This document shows positions 1-9,212 of a DNA stretch of 64,000 nucleotides, one piece after another. The translations under genes and the position numbers were made by a program. Source of the DNA: Candidatus Latescibacterota bacterium (lineage in GTDB: Bacteria > Latescibacterota > UBA2968 > GCA-2709665); the NCBI GenBank assembly GCA_965219995.1, contig CBDCOX010000002.1, positions 4,032,001 to 4,096,000 on the forward strand, read 5' to 3'. The notes under the pieces are model-generated. The model was not told where the DNA came from, did not search any database, and saw nothing but the letters and a program-made list of their open reading frames with translations. Every line of letters begins with the position of its first letter. The first letter of the stretch is position 1.

Positions 1-618
1 GAATACTACACGATCAACTGCCTGAACCCGGACGGGACGGCGCGGTGGCGTCGGAGCACCGGCTGCGTCTCACCGACGATTCTCGCGGCCGACCTGGACG
101 GCGACGGGTCAATCGAGGTGGTCTACGGGGACTGGCGGGCCGTAAACGCGGCGTCGAGCGGGGAGTTGTTCGGCCAGACCGGGTTGGGCGGCAGCGGCAA
201 GTTCGCGGGGCCGGGGACCTACAGCAGCCGTCCCGGCAGGATGGGCGCCCTGTCATGGCGCGTGAATATGGGCGGCGAGGTGGAGGATATCGCCCTGGCG
301 GACGTGGACGGCGACGGGAATCCGGAGGTGATCGCCGGCAGCGACGTGGGACAACTGGTCTGCATCGCGGGCGACGGCAACGTCGTCTGGCGGCACGACC
401 TGGTGGACAAGATCACGTGGCTGACACCCGTCGACCGCGGCACCGAGGTGAAGATCCTGGTGGGTTTCGATACGGGGGAAATCCGGACGTTCGACGAGAA
501 AGGCGATCTTGCCGCCGTGGATCGGGTGGACGGAGAAGTCACCCATCTTCGAGCCGCCGGCGACACGGTCGTGTGTGCGACGTCCGCGGGTACCGTGACG
601 GCGTTCCGTCCGGTCTGA
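1..618 (+). CDS. C-terminal part (5' partial) of an FG-GAP/PQQ-like beta-propeller protein, probable paralog of 46048..49716
   Basis: Frame is open from base 1: EYYTINCLNPDGTARW...ADLDGDGSIEVVYG...ADVDGDGNPEVIAG. This matches EYYTSNLLESDGRIRW...ADLNGDGVKEAIYG in 46048..49716. Confidence 0.8.
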   Translation, partial: EYYTINCLNPDGTARWRRSTGCVSPTILAADLDGDGSIEVVYGDWRAVNAASSGELFGQTGLGGSGKFAGPGTYSSRPGRMGALSWRVNMGGEVEDIALADVDGDGNPEVIAGSDVGQLVCIAGDGNVVWRHDLVDKITWLTPVDRGTEVKILVGFDTGEIRTFDEKGDLAAVDRVDGEVTHLRAAGDTVVCATSAGTVTAFRPV

Positions 619-650
619 CAGGTCACCAACCGGCGCGTGAAGAAAGCTTT

Positions 651-1514
651 ATGGCAGGGTTGAGCGAAAATCAGCGATCCACGTATCTCAACGACGGCTA
701 TCTCCTGCTGGAAGACGTGTTGTCGCCCGCGGACCTGCAGCCGTTGATCGACGACATCAACGCGGGGATTGACGGGAAGGCAGGGGAGGCCGTTGCGCTC
801 GGTCGTCTGCGCGGTCCGTTCGAGGATGTACCCTTCGACCGGCGACTGGCCTGTATCCGCGACGCGATGGACGATTCGTCGGAAATCGAGCGGGAGGTAA
901 CTGGGAAGCGTCTGAAGACGGCCGGGATGTTTTCGCTGATCACGCACCCGGCGATCCTGGACATCGTGGAGTCGATCATCGGACCCGAGATCCTGGCCCA
1001 TCCCCAGTTCAACTGCCAGGCGAAAATGCCCAATGAAACCCGGTCGCAGATCCCCTGGCACCAGGACCTGGGATTCCTGCATCCCGAGGCGGAAGCGACG
1101 TTTATGGTCAACTTCTGGATTCCGCTGGTGGACGTAACCGTTGAAAACGGATGCCTGGAGGTGATTCCAGGGAGTCATCGCGCAGGTCTGATGCCGCACG
1201 GAGAGGTTCGCGGGTATCCGAACGAGGGAATCCAGGAAGGGTACGTACCCGTCGGGCGGCAGGTTCCCTGTCCCGTGCGAAGAGGAGGCGTGGTGGTGTT
1301 CCAGCACAAGACCGCGCACCGCTCGTTCCCAAACCGGACGGACCGCATCCGGTGGAGCGTGGACGTCCGTTATTCCGATCCTTCAAAGCCAACGGGGCGT
1401 GATGAGGTGCCGGGATTTGTGGTGCGGAGCCAGGCCCACCCCGAGCGTACGGCGAAGTCCCACCTGGACTGGCTGAAACGGATGCAGGGGGTGGATGAGC
1501 TTCTCTACGAATAG
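651..1514 (+). CDS. Phytanoyl-CoA dioxygenase (PhyH) family Fe(II)/2-oxoglutarate oxygenase, 287 aa
   Basis: ATG at 651 (MAGLSENQRSTYLNDGYLLLEDVL); WHQD iron motif, NFWIPL, NGCLEVIPGSH, distal His in TAHRS, and R in IRWSVDVRY. Confidence 0.9.
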   Translation: MAGLSENQRSTYLNDGYLLLEDVLSPADLQPLIDDINAGIDGKAGEAVALGRLRGPFEDVPFDRRLACIRDAMDDSSEIEREVTGKRLKTAGMFSLITHPAILDIVESIIGPEILAHPQFNCQAKMPNETRSQIPWHQDLGFLHPEAEATFMVNFWIPLVDVTVENGCLEVIPGSHRAGLMPHGEVRGYPNEGIQEGYVPVGRQVPCPVRRGGVVVFQHKTAHRSFPNRTDRIRWSVDVRYSDPSKPTGRDEVPGFVVRSQAHPERTAKSHLDWLKRMQGVDELLYE

Positions 1515-1548
1515 CTCCCCTGCACTGCCCGCAGGGTTGCATTCGCCG

Positions 1549-2382
1549 CTACGCGGGAACCGGAAAATCGGGCTTTCCGTAAAACATGTGGTGAAACGCC
1601 TGCCAGAAGGATTCGCCTTTGCATCGGACCGTAAAGTCGTCCACGCGCTCAACCCCTTCCCGCACGGAAAGTCGGTTGGGTTCGGGACGGGTCATCTCTA
1701 CCGCCACGGGACTTTTTGCAACAATCGGTTCGATGCCTTTTGCGACCGCTACGGCTTCCTGAACGCGCGTCTTGATCAGTTCGCGGGCATCCGCCGGCGC
1801 CATGTGAAGGGCGCATAACTCTCCCAGGCCTTCTTTTACAGGCGCCGTGACAATGCCGCTGACCCAGCGCTCGGATTCGGTGCAGGCGTGCAGGTCGCCC
1901 GATGTAAAGACCCAGGGGATGCCCAGATGTCCGCACAGATATGCGGCCATTTCCATTTCGCCGACTTCGGCGCCGTTGACGCGGTAGATCGTATCACGGC
2001 TCATCGAATGTGCGAGGCATCCGTCGGGCGTGCCGGTCATTGCGTGCATGCCGACCTGGATCAATGCGTCGAATCCGGGCGATAGGCCCGGCAGCCAGCA
2101 CGGCCGATTGACACCCTGCACCAGTTTCACGCCCGAGACCAGTTCTTCCGACAGAATTGTGCGCCCCGCCCCGTGCGCGTCATTGATGATCACTTCTTCG
2201 ACGCCGGCTGCAAAAAGGCCTTCGGCTGCGGCGTTGACTTCGCCCGTCAACAGGCGCTGCATCTCGGCGCGGTCGTACACGCCCTTCGCCGTTGTCGCAT
2301 CTTCCCGGTGTCTCGGGTCCCAGTCATCGACGCCGGCGACGCCTTCCAGATCGGTCATCATATAAACGGATTTTACGACCAT
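1549..2382 (-). CDS. M55 family D-aminopeptidase (DppA-like), 277 aa
   Basis: MVVKSVYMMTDLEGVAG, NDAHG, GMHA, LAHS and GEME zinc motifs; RBS CAGGAG upstream of ATG 2382. Confidence 0.85.
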   Translation of the reverse strand: MVVKSVYMMTDLEGVAGVDDWDPRHREDATTAKGVYDRAEMQRLLTGEVNAAAEGLFAAGVEEVIINDAHGAGRTILSEELVSGVKLVQGVNRPCWLPGLSPGFDALIQVGMHAMTGTPDGCLAHSMSRDTIYRVNGAEVGEMEMAAYLCGHLGIPWVFTSGDLHACTESERWVSGIVTAPVKEGLGELCALHMAPADARELIKTRVQEAVAVAKGIEPIVAKSPVAVEMTRPEPNRLSVREGVERVDDFTVRCKGESFWQAFHHMFYGKPDFPVPA

Positions 2383-2441
2383 GGGATTCTCCTGCGTTTT
2401 GGATATCTCCGCGAACTCTTGCATTGCCAGTGATGCCGCTG

Positions 2442-4262
2442 TCAGCTTCCCGCGTGCGCAAGGGCCTTGTCGACCCTTTCTGTCCAGGGGTCTGCGACGC
2501 GGGCTTCGTATCTGCCGTCGTTGAAGTAGGCGGCTTTGGGCATATTGCGGTCTTCCAGAATCGCCTGGCGATGTGACTTCCTGAGGCGCGGCCTGAGTCT
2601 GCGAAGGCCAGCGGCCATCCGGCTCGCCTCGGGTCCGGCAGGCATTGCGCATAATTCGTCGGCGACATGCCAGCCGCGGATGAGGGTTGCGGGAAAGGGG
2701 AACCAGCGGCGGACGTAGTCGATTCTCAGCCGGACGAGCGGGTCCCGCGTGGCGTTATAGGCGCGGCCGAGGGTGGTTTCCAGGGTATCCACGTCGTCGG
2801 TGGTGAAACAGTCGACCTGGTCGTACAGTCCCCGGAGTCCCTGGAACCACCGGCCCTGCCGGGGACGGCGCCAGATGGTCTCGAGGTGATCGTAAAAGGC
2901 GCGGACTTCGCCGGCGGCGCCGCGGAACAGGCGCGTGAAGAAATCGTCGAGCAGCTTCTCCGCGTCCTGGTCCGCGTTCCACCAGAGCTTGGATGCCAGC
3001 CAGATCTGCGGTCCGAAGCCGGGCCAGTGCGGATAGGCCTCGGCGTAGAATCCTTTGACGCCGGCCTGGTGCTGGAACTTGATGTCGTCGGCCATCAGGC
3101 CCGGGAAATAACGCGGCAGCACCCAGCCCAGGCCGTAGTAGTCGTACTTGCAGACGTGGTCGCACTGCTTGAGCCATGAGAGGATGAACTCCCGGTCTTT
3201 GTCCCGGTACTCCGGATCCAGGTGCTGCGCCGTGTCCTGCGTGAGGTAGATGGCCGCGTTGGGCTCCAGGCGATCGATGCGTTTCGGGGTCTCCTCCACG
3301 TTGTGATAGGCCAGGCATCCCACGAATTTTCCGGGATGGGACTCCTGTAAGGCGCGGGCGACTGTGTTGAAATAGGTGAACCACCGGTCGGAGTAGATCG
3401 GACGCCCCCGGAACTCCAGACCGGGTATATCCAGCGCGCGGCAGTTGGCGCACAGGCAGAAGTTCCCGTTGTCGTTCATCCCGAGTGAGAAACAGTGCGC
3501 CTCCGGGTTTTCGTCAAAATAGGCTCGCGTGGCCCTGATGGTGATATCCACGACCTCGGGGTTGCTGGTGCAGGGCTGTCCGAACAGGCCGTTGCTCACG
3601 TTGTCGCTCTCCGGTACGAGCCGCTCCCCGTCGATGAGCGCGTAGTACTCCGGGTGGGTTTTTCCGTATCTGGCGACCGGGAAGATCTTGTACAGGGCGT
3701 GGTGGAAGCCGGCATAAGGCAGTTCGTGCCTGCGGCTGGAAACGCGGTTGCGGCGTTCCCAGCGATGTCCCTCCGATCCGGCGATTCCGCTGAACACGCG
3801 GAAGAGGAAGTGGGGCGTCTTCGTTTCGTCGACAGGCTCGATTTTGAGCGTGGTTTGCACCGGGACGTCTTCGAAGAGCTCGCCGGGCATGAACCAGCGT
3901 ACGCCCAGGTGGTCTTCCAGAAAGCCGTATACGCCGTATACAGTGCCGGCTTCGCTGCCGCCGAGGATGAATAGGTCCCTGCCGGCGGTATGGATGCGGT
4001 AGCCCTCCACGCCGGCGTCTCCGGCATCGAGGTTCAGCTCTCGGGCGTACGCAGTGGCTCCCACGTGGATGGCTGTTCTCCCGCGGGGCGCGGGTTTTCC
4101 GCTGTCGGTACCCATCGGGGGCGACATCCCGATGATTTTCTCCAGGATTGCCTGCAGGTCTGCGGCGGCGTCGCAAAGCGCGTCTCCGGCGCCATCGGGC
4201 ACGACGATGGTGCTCCGTGGCTGACCATTTTCTGCGAGGGTGAGGGTTCTGTATCGGCGCAT
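2442..4262 (-). CDS. DUF4838-type putative glycoside hydrolase-like protein, 606 aa
   Basis: N-terminal hexosaminidase/GH67-like domain (EGYRI...GTVYGVYGFLEDHLGVRWFMPG), HPEYYAL..G.R, QPCTSNPEV, SLGMND..FC.C..C. No signal peptide seen. Confidence 0.75.
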   Translation of the reverse strand: MRRYRTLTLAENGQPRSTIVVPDGAGDALCDAAADLQAILEKIIGMSPPMGTDSGKPAPRGRTAIHVGATAYARELNLDAGDAGVEGYRIHTAGRDLFILGGSEAGTVYGVYGFLEDHLGVRWFMPGELFEDVPVQTTLKIEPVDETKTPHFLFRVFSGIAGSEGHRWERRNRVSSRRHELPYAGFHHALYKIFPVARYGKTHPEYYALIDGERLVPESDNVSNGLFGQPCTSNPEVVDITIRATRAYFDENPEAHCFSLGMNDNGNFCLCANCRALDIPGLEFRGRPIYSDRWFTYFNTVARALQESHPGKFVGCLAYHNVEETPKRIDRLEPNAAIYLTQDTAQHLDPEYRDKDREFILSWLKQCDHVCKYDYYGLGWVLPRYFPGLMADDIKFQHQAGVKGFYAEAYPHWPGFGPQIWLASKLWWNADQDAEKLLDDFFTRLFRGAAGEVRAFYDHLETIWRRPRQGRWFQGLRGLYDQVDCFTTDDVDTLETTLGRAYNATRDPLVRLRIDYVRRWFPFPATLIRGWHVADELCAMPAGPEASRMAAGLRRLRPRLRKSHRQAILEDRNMPKAAYFNDGRYEARVADPWTERVDKALAHAGS

Positions 4263-4263
4263 G

Positions 4264-5502
4264 TCAGTTTCCCCCCTGATGAGGTTGAGAGTGGTTCTGA
4301 AGGAACCGTGGGGTCAGGCGACGGCTGATTTCCGGATAGACGGCGATGAAGTGGTCCCGCATGGTTGGAAACTGAAAGGCATCGGCGGTCTCGAATTCCG
4401 TTTCGAGATCCTGTTTCCGGGGCATGTGGCAGTCGATGCAGTTGGACTGCATCGCGTCACCGAGTTCGGCCGTCAACCCGCAGACGTGGGTCTGGTGGCA
4501 TGCGGCGCAGCGCCGGGAGAACAGGGCCAGGTTTCCACGTTCCAGGGCGTGCGGGTCGTGGCAGGTGATGCAGGTCATCGCCGTACTTTGCTGGAAACAC
4601 TTCGATTTGGTCAGACGCGGCAGCTGGTTGGTGCTGTGGACGCCGATTCTGTTCTGTTCTTCGTGGGCGTCCAGTTCGAGATAATCGCTCAGGTGCTCTC
4701 CGGGACGGAAGGAAAAGGGCCGCTGAAGCGGATTGCCCACGCCGGAATGGCATTGCGCGCAGAGGTCGATCAATCGCGGCGGGTCCAGCGTTCCGGGGTG
4801 CAGGATGTGGGGCATTTCCTTCGCATCGGGATTGGCGCGCTGATAGGCGGCGTGGTCCGCGCCGGGTCCGTGGCATCGCTCGCATGAAACGCCAAGAACC
4901 AGGTGGTCCCTGTTGTATGCGTTACTGGAATAGGATTCCGATTCGGAATAGGTTGTATGACATTCAAGGCATCGGGGGACAACGCCGCGTGAGAAGTTCA
5001 CCTCGCCGTCCGGATAGCCCGGGCTGTTAATCCACCGGTGCTGCTGCGTGAAGTAGGAAATGGGCAACTGAAAGAGGCGGTCGCCCTGCCAGAAGAGATA
5101 GGTCTGGCCGATTTTTCCGGACCCGGTGACAATGTCGATGCGTTCGGTCCGCCGGTAGGTGCCGTCCCCCTTTCCGATCACGGCGGTTTGATAGAATCCA
5201 TCTGCTGCGGACGTGACTTCGAAGCGGAGATTGGGATTCCGGGTCCGGACGACGGCGCGATCGGGAGAGAAACTGCCGAGAATCGCTTCGGCTTCGGGCA
5301 GGCGGGAGGTGAGATGGTGGGCGGTGCGCCGGAACGACTCGAACCGGTCCCGGTGACACTCCGCGCAGGCCTGCGCGCCGATGTAGCCCGGTGAACGGGT
5401 TTCGCCGTCCGCGTCTCCGGCATTTCCGAAAAGAAGCGGACCGCCCAGCCCCAGGCATACCGCAGAGCCGAGTAACACCGATCTGAAGAGAACCCTTGCC
5501 AT
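4264..5502 (-). CDS. Multiheme cytochrome c (c554-like) with signal peptide, 412 aa
   Basis: Seven CxxCH motifs (CAECH, CLECH, CERCH, CAQCH, CITCH, CAACH, CIDCH) and a hydrophobic N-terminus. Confidence 0.88.
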   Translation of the reverse strand: MARVLFRSVLLGSAVCLGLGGPLLFGNAGDADGETRSPGYIGAQACAECHRDRFESFRRTAHHLTSRLPEAEAILGSFSPDRAVVRTRNPNLRFEVTSAADGFYQTAVIGKGDGTYRRTERIDIVTGSGKIGQTYLFWQGDRLFQLPISYFTQQHRWINSPGYPDGEVNFSRGVVPRCLECHTTYSESESYSSNAYNRDHLVLGVSCERCHGPGADHAAYQRANPDAKEMPHILHPGTLDPPRLIDLCAQCHSGVGNPLQRPFSFRPGEHLSDYLELDAHEEQNRIGVHSTNQLPRLTKSKCFQQSTAMTCITCHDPHALERGNLALFSRRCAACHQTHVCGLTAELGDAMQSNCIDCHMPRKQDLETEFETADAFQFPTMRDHFIAVYPEISRRLTPRFLQNHSQPHQGGN

Positions 5503-5564
5503 CGCCCTGCCATTTCGATTGGAAGGTGGGAGGGTTTCTCAAACCGTACGTCTTCCACGTCCGG

Positions 5565-6590
5565 ATGTCAAACGAAAACTCGAAAGGAAGCGTCGTGTTG
5601 AAAGAACGGATTGCGAATCGATGGTCCTGCCGGGTCGCCAACGGCGTTCGCCTCGTGACGGCGGTTGTCGTCGCCGCGATGAGTTGGGTTGTAATCCCCC
5701 TGCCGTTGAACGCGCAGGGTCAGGACGGGTTCTATCTGCGGGGCGATTTTGGCGACTCGGACGCGCTGACCGTTCGGGGGAGCATCGAGGGCGTCGATCA
5801 GCCGACGCGTTGCGACCGGCTGCTGCATCCGGATGCGGCCACGATCCCGCGCGATCCGGCATGCTCCGGAGTCGCATCCGGCGTGCTTGCGACAGTGGCG
5901 TTTGATCGGGGCGCAGAGACGATGACCAGCGCAACCGCTTTCGCGGTGGGGTACTCCCGTGGTTGGCTCCGGCTGGAAGCCGAATTGAGCAATACGGTAC
6001 TGGGCGCAACCTCGGCGCCGCTGCTGGACGTTGGCCGGCTGGCGCCGGAAAGAGTGAATGAGTGGAGCGGGGTCGAACAACCTCGAGCCAGAATTTCGGG
6101 GTTCAACATCACGGACATGTTCGCGAACGTAATCCTCGACTTCAATAATTCTTCCCGCTTCACGCCGTTCGTCGGCGTTGGAGGCGGCGTGTCCAATGTC
6201 ATTCTCGTCTTTGACGGTTTGCGGGTGCGGCGAACGCTCGCCAACGGATTCGCTCCGGCGGGCGGCGTAGATCCTGCCTCGGACGTCGCAATTCCTGTGT
6301 GGCAGACACGAGCTGCTGGCACGACCGATGCCGTGTCGCTCCCTTTGGCAGAATCGACACAGGGATCGAATCTGATCGGCGGGGTGGCGTTTGAGGCAGA
6401 CGAGCGATTCAGCATTGCGCTCAGGGGGCGCTATGCCCGTTACCGGGATGTCCGGAAGCAGGGAAAGTGGGACCTGGTGCGAAGTCACTCGCCGGTGCTC
6501 GCGGACGGGACGACGCCTGCGACTTTCGACCTGGTGCTCAGCGGCATCGTGTTCTATGCGGTCTCCGTCTCGTTCGTGTACGACATCTAA
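5565..6590 (+). CDS. Outer-membrane beta-barrel protein (OmpA/OmpW/Msp4-like), start codon uncertain
   Basis: Signal-like segment ending LNA-QGQ, then GFYLRGD, LRLEAE, FANVILDF...RFTPFVGVGGG, and a terminal amphipathic strand VSVSFVYDI. Confidence 0.75.
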   Translation: MSNENSKGSVVLKERIANRWSCRVANGVRLVTAVVVAAMSWVVIPLPLNAQGQDGFYLRGDFGDSDALTVRGSIEGVDQPTRCDRLLHPDAATIPRDPACSGVASGVLATVAFDRGAETMTSATAFAVGYSRGWLRLEAELSNTVLGATSAPLLDVGRLAPERVNEWSGVEQPRARISGFNITDMFANVILDFNNSSRFTPFVGVGGGVSNVILVFDGLRVRRTLANGFAPAGGVDPASDVAIPVWQTRAAGTTDAVSLPLAESTQGSNLIGGVAFEADERFSIALRGRYARYRDVRKQGKWDLVRSHSPVLADGTTPATFDLVLSGIVFYAVSVSFVYDI

Positions 6591-6785
6591 CCTTGATTCG
6601 CCATTTTTCGGGGACGTTAATTCGAATATACACAAGAGAACAAGGGCGATTTGAAGTAAAATTTCCAGGATCCTTCCGGTCACTGAACGTGAACGGAAAG
6701 AATGCCCTTCCGGACGATCTTTACGCCCCGTTTCGGAAGGTTTCTCCACAGCGTCGGTTTGTCGGATTTTTCGATGTAAGGCAAA

Positions 6786-6927
6786 TTGCCACAAGAGGCA
6801 CAAAAACAGCGATCCAGTTAAAGGGCGTATCGCCGAAAGACAAGGAAATCACTGCAGGGTCACGTCGTTACGGTACACGCCGTTTCGCACCGAACCCTTT
6901 TGTGACTTTTGTGCTTTTTGTGGCTAA
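6786..6927. repeat. Imperfect inverted-repeat element with (G)CACAAAA-type tandem units at its ends
   Basis: ttgccacaagaggcacaaaaac at ~6786-6807 versus ttttgtgacttttgtgctttttgtggctaa at ~6898-6927 (reverse complement ttagccacaaaaagcacaaaagtcacaaaa). Confidence 0.65.
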
Positions 6928-6980
6928 TGTAACGGTTGTCTTTTTTCGAATTAAGGCTAAGATTGACAAGGGTGTCTATC

Positions 6981-8036
6981 ATGTCGAAAGTACGAATCGC
7001 GGTTGTCGGAGCGGGGAACATGGCCCGGGTTCGCGGCCACGCGTTTCTGGATACCGGCCGTGCGGAAATCTGCGGCGTGGCCGCGCGCAGGCGGGAAACG
7101 GCCGAACGTTGTGCGGCGGAATTGAGGTGCGAGGATTTCTTCGACGACTACCGGCTGTTGGTCGAATCGCGCCCAGACGCGGTCCTGATCGAGGTCCCGC
7201 ATCGCGTTCAGGACGAGGTCTCTCTGTGGGCGCTGGACGCCGGCTATGACGTCCTCATCGGCGGCTGTCTCGCGTCGTCTCTGGAGAACGGGAAGCGGAT
7301 TGTGGAAATGGCGAAGCGGTCGGGACGGATCGTGGAGGCCGGATTTCAGCGCCGGTACGATCCGGCCTGGGAAGAGATCCGGCGCCTGGTGGCGGACGGC
7401 GAACTCGGCGCGCCTGTGATGGCGGTGACCATGGCCCTGTGGAACGCGGATCCGGACGCCTGGTACTATGATCAGGCGGAGAGCGGTGGCATGCCGCTGA
7501 CCCACATGAGCTACTGCTATTTGAATGCCGTTCGCTGGATTCTCGGAAGGCCGACCACCGCGTCCGCAATGGCCAATCGCAAGCGGAATACCGCGCCGGC
7601 TTACGTTACGGAAGAGACCTGTGGGGCCCTGATCGGCTTCGAAAACGGCGCCTTCGCTTCGGCCACGGCCAGCTATATCGGCCCGGATGGCATGTCCGAT
7701 CCGCAGCCGCGGTTCGTCTGCTCGGAGGGCGGTGTCATGCCCAATGCGGACAGCTCGCCAGGCAAGGATTCCATAACGGTTTACAAGGAGGGCCGCTCCG
7801 AGATCCGGGAATTCGAGAATGAGCCGTCGTCGATGGTCCGGCAGGCGCACGCCTTTCTGGATGCCATCGAGAACCGCGGCGAGGCGCGCAATCCTCCGGA
7901 AGACGCCCTGCTGGACGTCGAAATCGCCGAAGGCATCGCAATCTCGGCCAGGGAACACAGGACGGTTTCGCTGGCGGCCCTTACCCCCCGCCCCCCTCTC
8001 CCGTGGGGAGAGGGGGAGAAAACCCGGAGACCCTGA
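6981..8036 (+). CDS. Gfo/Idh/MocA family oxidoreductase, 351 aa
   Basis: RIAVVGAGNMA Rossmann motif, PDAVLIEVP, GFQRRYDP, SGGMPL. The usual EKP motif reads GGC here. The last ~18 codons derive from a REP-like hairpin. Confidence 0.85.
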   Translation: MSKVRIAVVGAGNMARVRGHAFLDTGRAEICGVAARRRETAERCAAELRCEDFFDDYRLLVESRPDAVLIEVPHRVQDEVSLWALDAGYDVLIGGCLASSLENGKRIVEMAKRSGRIVEAGFQRRYDPAWEEIRRLVADGELGAPVMAVTMALWNADPDAWYYDQAESGGMPLTHMSYCYLNAVRWILGRPTTASAMANRKRNTAPAYVTEETCGALIGFENGAFASATASYIGPDGMSDPQPRFVCSEGGVMPNADSSPGKDSITVYKEGRSEIREFENEPSSMVRQAHAFLDAIENRGEARNPPEDALLDVEIAEGIAISAREHRTVSLAALTPRPPLPWGEGEKTRRP

Positions 8037-8083
8037 GCGGGTCACAGTTCCCCCCTCCCGTGGGAAGGGGGAAAGGGGGTAGG
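7980..8083. repeat. REP/REPIN-like doublet of two inverted GC-rich hairpins
   Basis: cttaccccccgcccccctctcccgtggggagaggggga and ttcccccctcccgtgggaagggggaaagggggtagg are each self-complementary and are inverted relative to one another. Confidence 0.75.
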
Positions 8084-8087
8084 TCGG

Positions 8088-8939
8088 ATGGGCGGTGTGA
8101 CCGTGATGGAATTGTGGCCGGACGAGGTCCCCGGAGACGTCGGGATATCCGGTCAGGAGAAAAGCCGAATACACGACTCCAGGTTTGTTGGAAACACACT
8201 GCTGATCACCAACGTCACGCGACCCTCCCTGACGGTACACCTTCCGCCGGCGGAGATGAATACGGGCACGGCGATGGTCATCTGTCCGGGAGGCGGGTAC
8301 TGGGACCTCTTTTGGCAACTGGAAGGCGAGGAGGTTGCGGCCTGGCTGAATTCCCGGGGCATCGCCGGGATCATTCTGAAATACAGGGTCCCGCGACGTC
8401 CGGGCGACGAAAAGGGTGTTCCCCCGTCAGGCCCTCTCTCGGACGCCCAGCGTGCGGTCAGTATGGTCCGCGCATACGCGAGCGAATGGCGTATCGATCC
8501 CTGTCGGATCGGTGTCGTCGGGTTCTCCGCGGGGGGCCACCTCGCGCTGGCGACTGCTACCGGTTTCCGGGACCGAAACTACCGTCAAATTAACGCCATC
8601 GACGCCGTGAGTTGCCGGCCGGACTTTGCCGTGTTATGCTACTCCGGGTACCTGAAGGATAAGGAAAGCGATCGAGTTGCGGAGGGGGTCCACATTCCCG
8701 CCGATACGCCTCCGGTATTTCTGACCCACGCCAGCGATGACAGCGAGTCCGAGGTCGCGCACAGCGTGATCGCGTATCTGGGGTTGCACCGAGCGGGAGT
8801 TCCGGCAGAATTGCACGTCTACGCTTCCGGCGAGCACGATTTCGGCGTCCGCCGCGACGGCAAGCCGCCATCCAGCTGGCCTCAGCTGTGCCTCGATTGG
8901 CTGCGCAGCCTGGGTCTGTACAAGGCGCCATCAGGTTGA
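8088..8939 (+). CDS. Alpha/beta hydrolase (carbohydrate esterase-like), 283 aa
   Basis: ICPGGGY oxyanion loop, GFSAGG nucleophile elbow, PPVFLTHASDD, and GEHDFG catalytic His. Confidence 0.88.
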   Translation: MGGVTVMELWPDEVPGDVGISGQEKSRIHDSRFVGNTLLITNVTRPSLTVHLPPAEMNTGTAMVICPGGGYWDLFWQLEGEEVAAWLNSRGIAGIILKYRVPRRPGDEKGVPPSGPLSDAQRAVSMVRAYASEWRIDPCRIGVVGFSAGGHLALATATGFRDRNYRQINAIDAVSCRPDFAVLCYSGYLKDKESDRVAEGVHIPADTPPVFLTHASDDSESEVAHSVIAYLGLHRAGVPAELHVYASGEHDFGVRRDGKPPSSWPQLCLDWLRSLGLYKAPSG

Positions 8940-8962
8940 CGGGCGTCGAAAGGAAGCAAGAG

Positions 8963-8997
8963 TCAGCAGTCAGCTTTCAGCTCTCAGCAGTCAGCTT
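8963..8997. repeat. Tandem heptamer array (TCAGCWN x5)
   Basis: tcagcag tcagctt tcagctc tcagcag tcagctt. Confidence 0.8.
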
Positions 8998-9067
8998 GAA
9001 GCAATTGCGAAAATCATAATCAAAAGTCAACTTCAACATCCACATCTCCCCAAATTCCCTAAAGGCG

Positions 9068-9212
9068 GGGAGACGTAAGACGGGAGACGGGAGATGATAT
9101 CAGTGCCATATGGTATTTCTTGTCGTTACGATAACGGTAGAGAAACAGGCACGGTTAGCGTGAAAACACGGTGGTAACGTTATCTTCTACCGTCTCACGT
9201 CTACCCTCTTAC
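9068..9212. repeat. Element bounded by inverted heptamer arrays (G..AGAC x4)
   Basis: gggagac gtaagac gggagac gggagat at 9068-9095, and ttctacc gtctcac gtctacc ctcttac at ~9185-9212 in inverted orientation. Confidence 0.65.

Noticed and set aside
45-650. Long N-terminal extensions in the ORF track (45, 27217, 39587, 46368, 56476, 60279)
   Set aside because: They overlap neighbouring real genes. Downstream starts with RBS or family-typical N-termini were chosen instead.
4264-6590. MtrAB-like porin-cytochrome electron conduit
   Set aside because: The genes are divergent, the barrel is small (~340 aa, OmpA/OmpW-like), and the cytochrome has 7 CxxCH motifs rather than the decaheme pattern.
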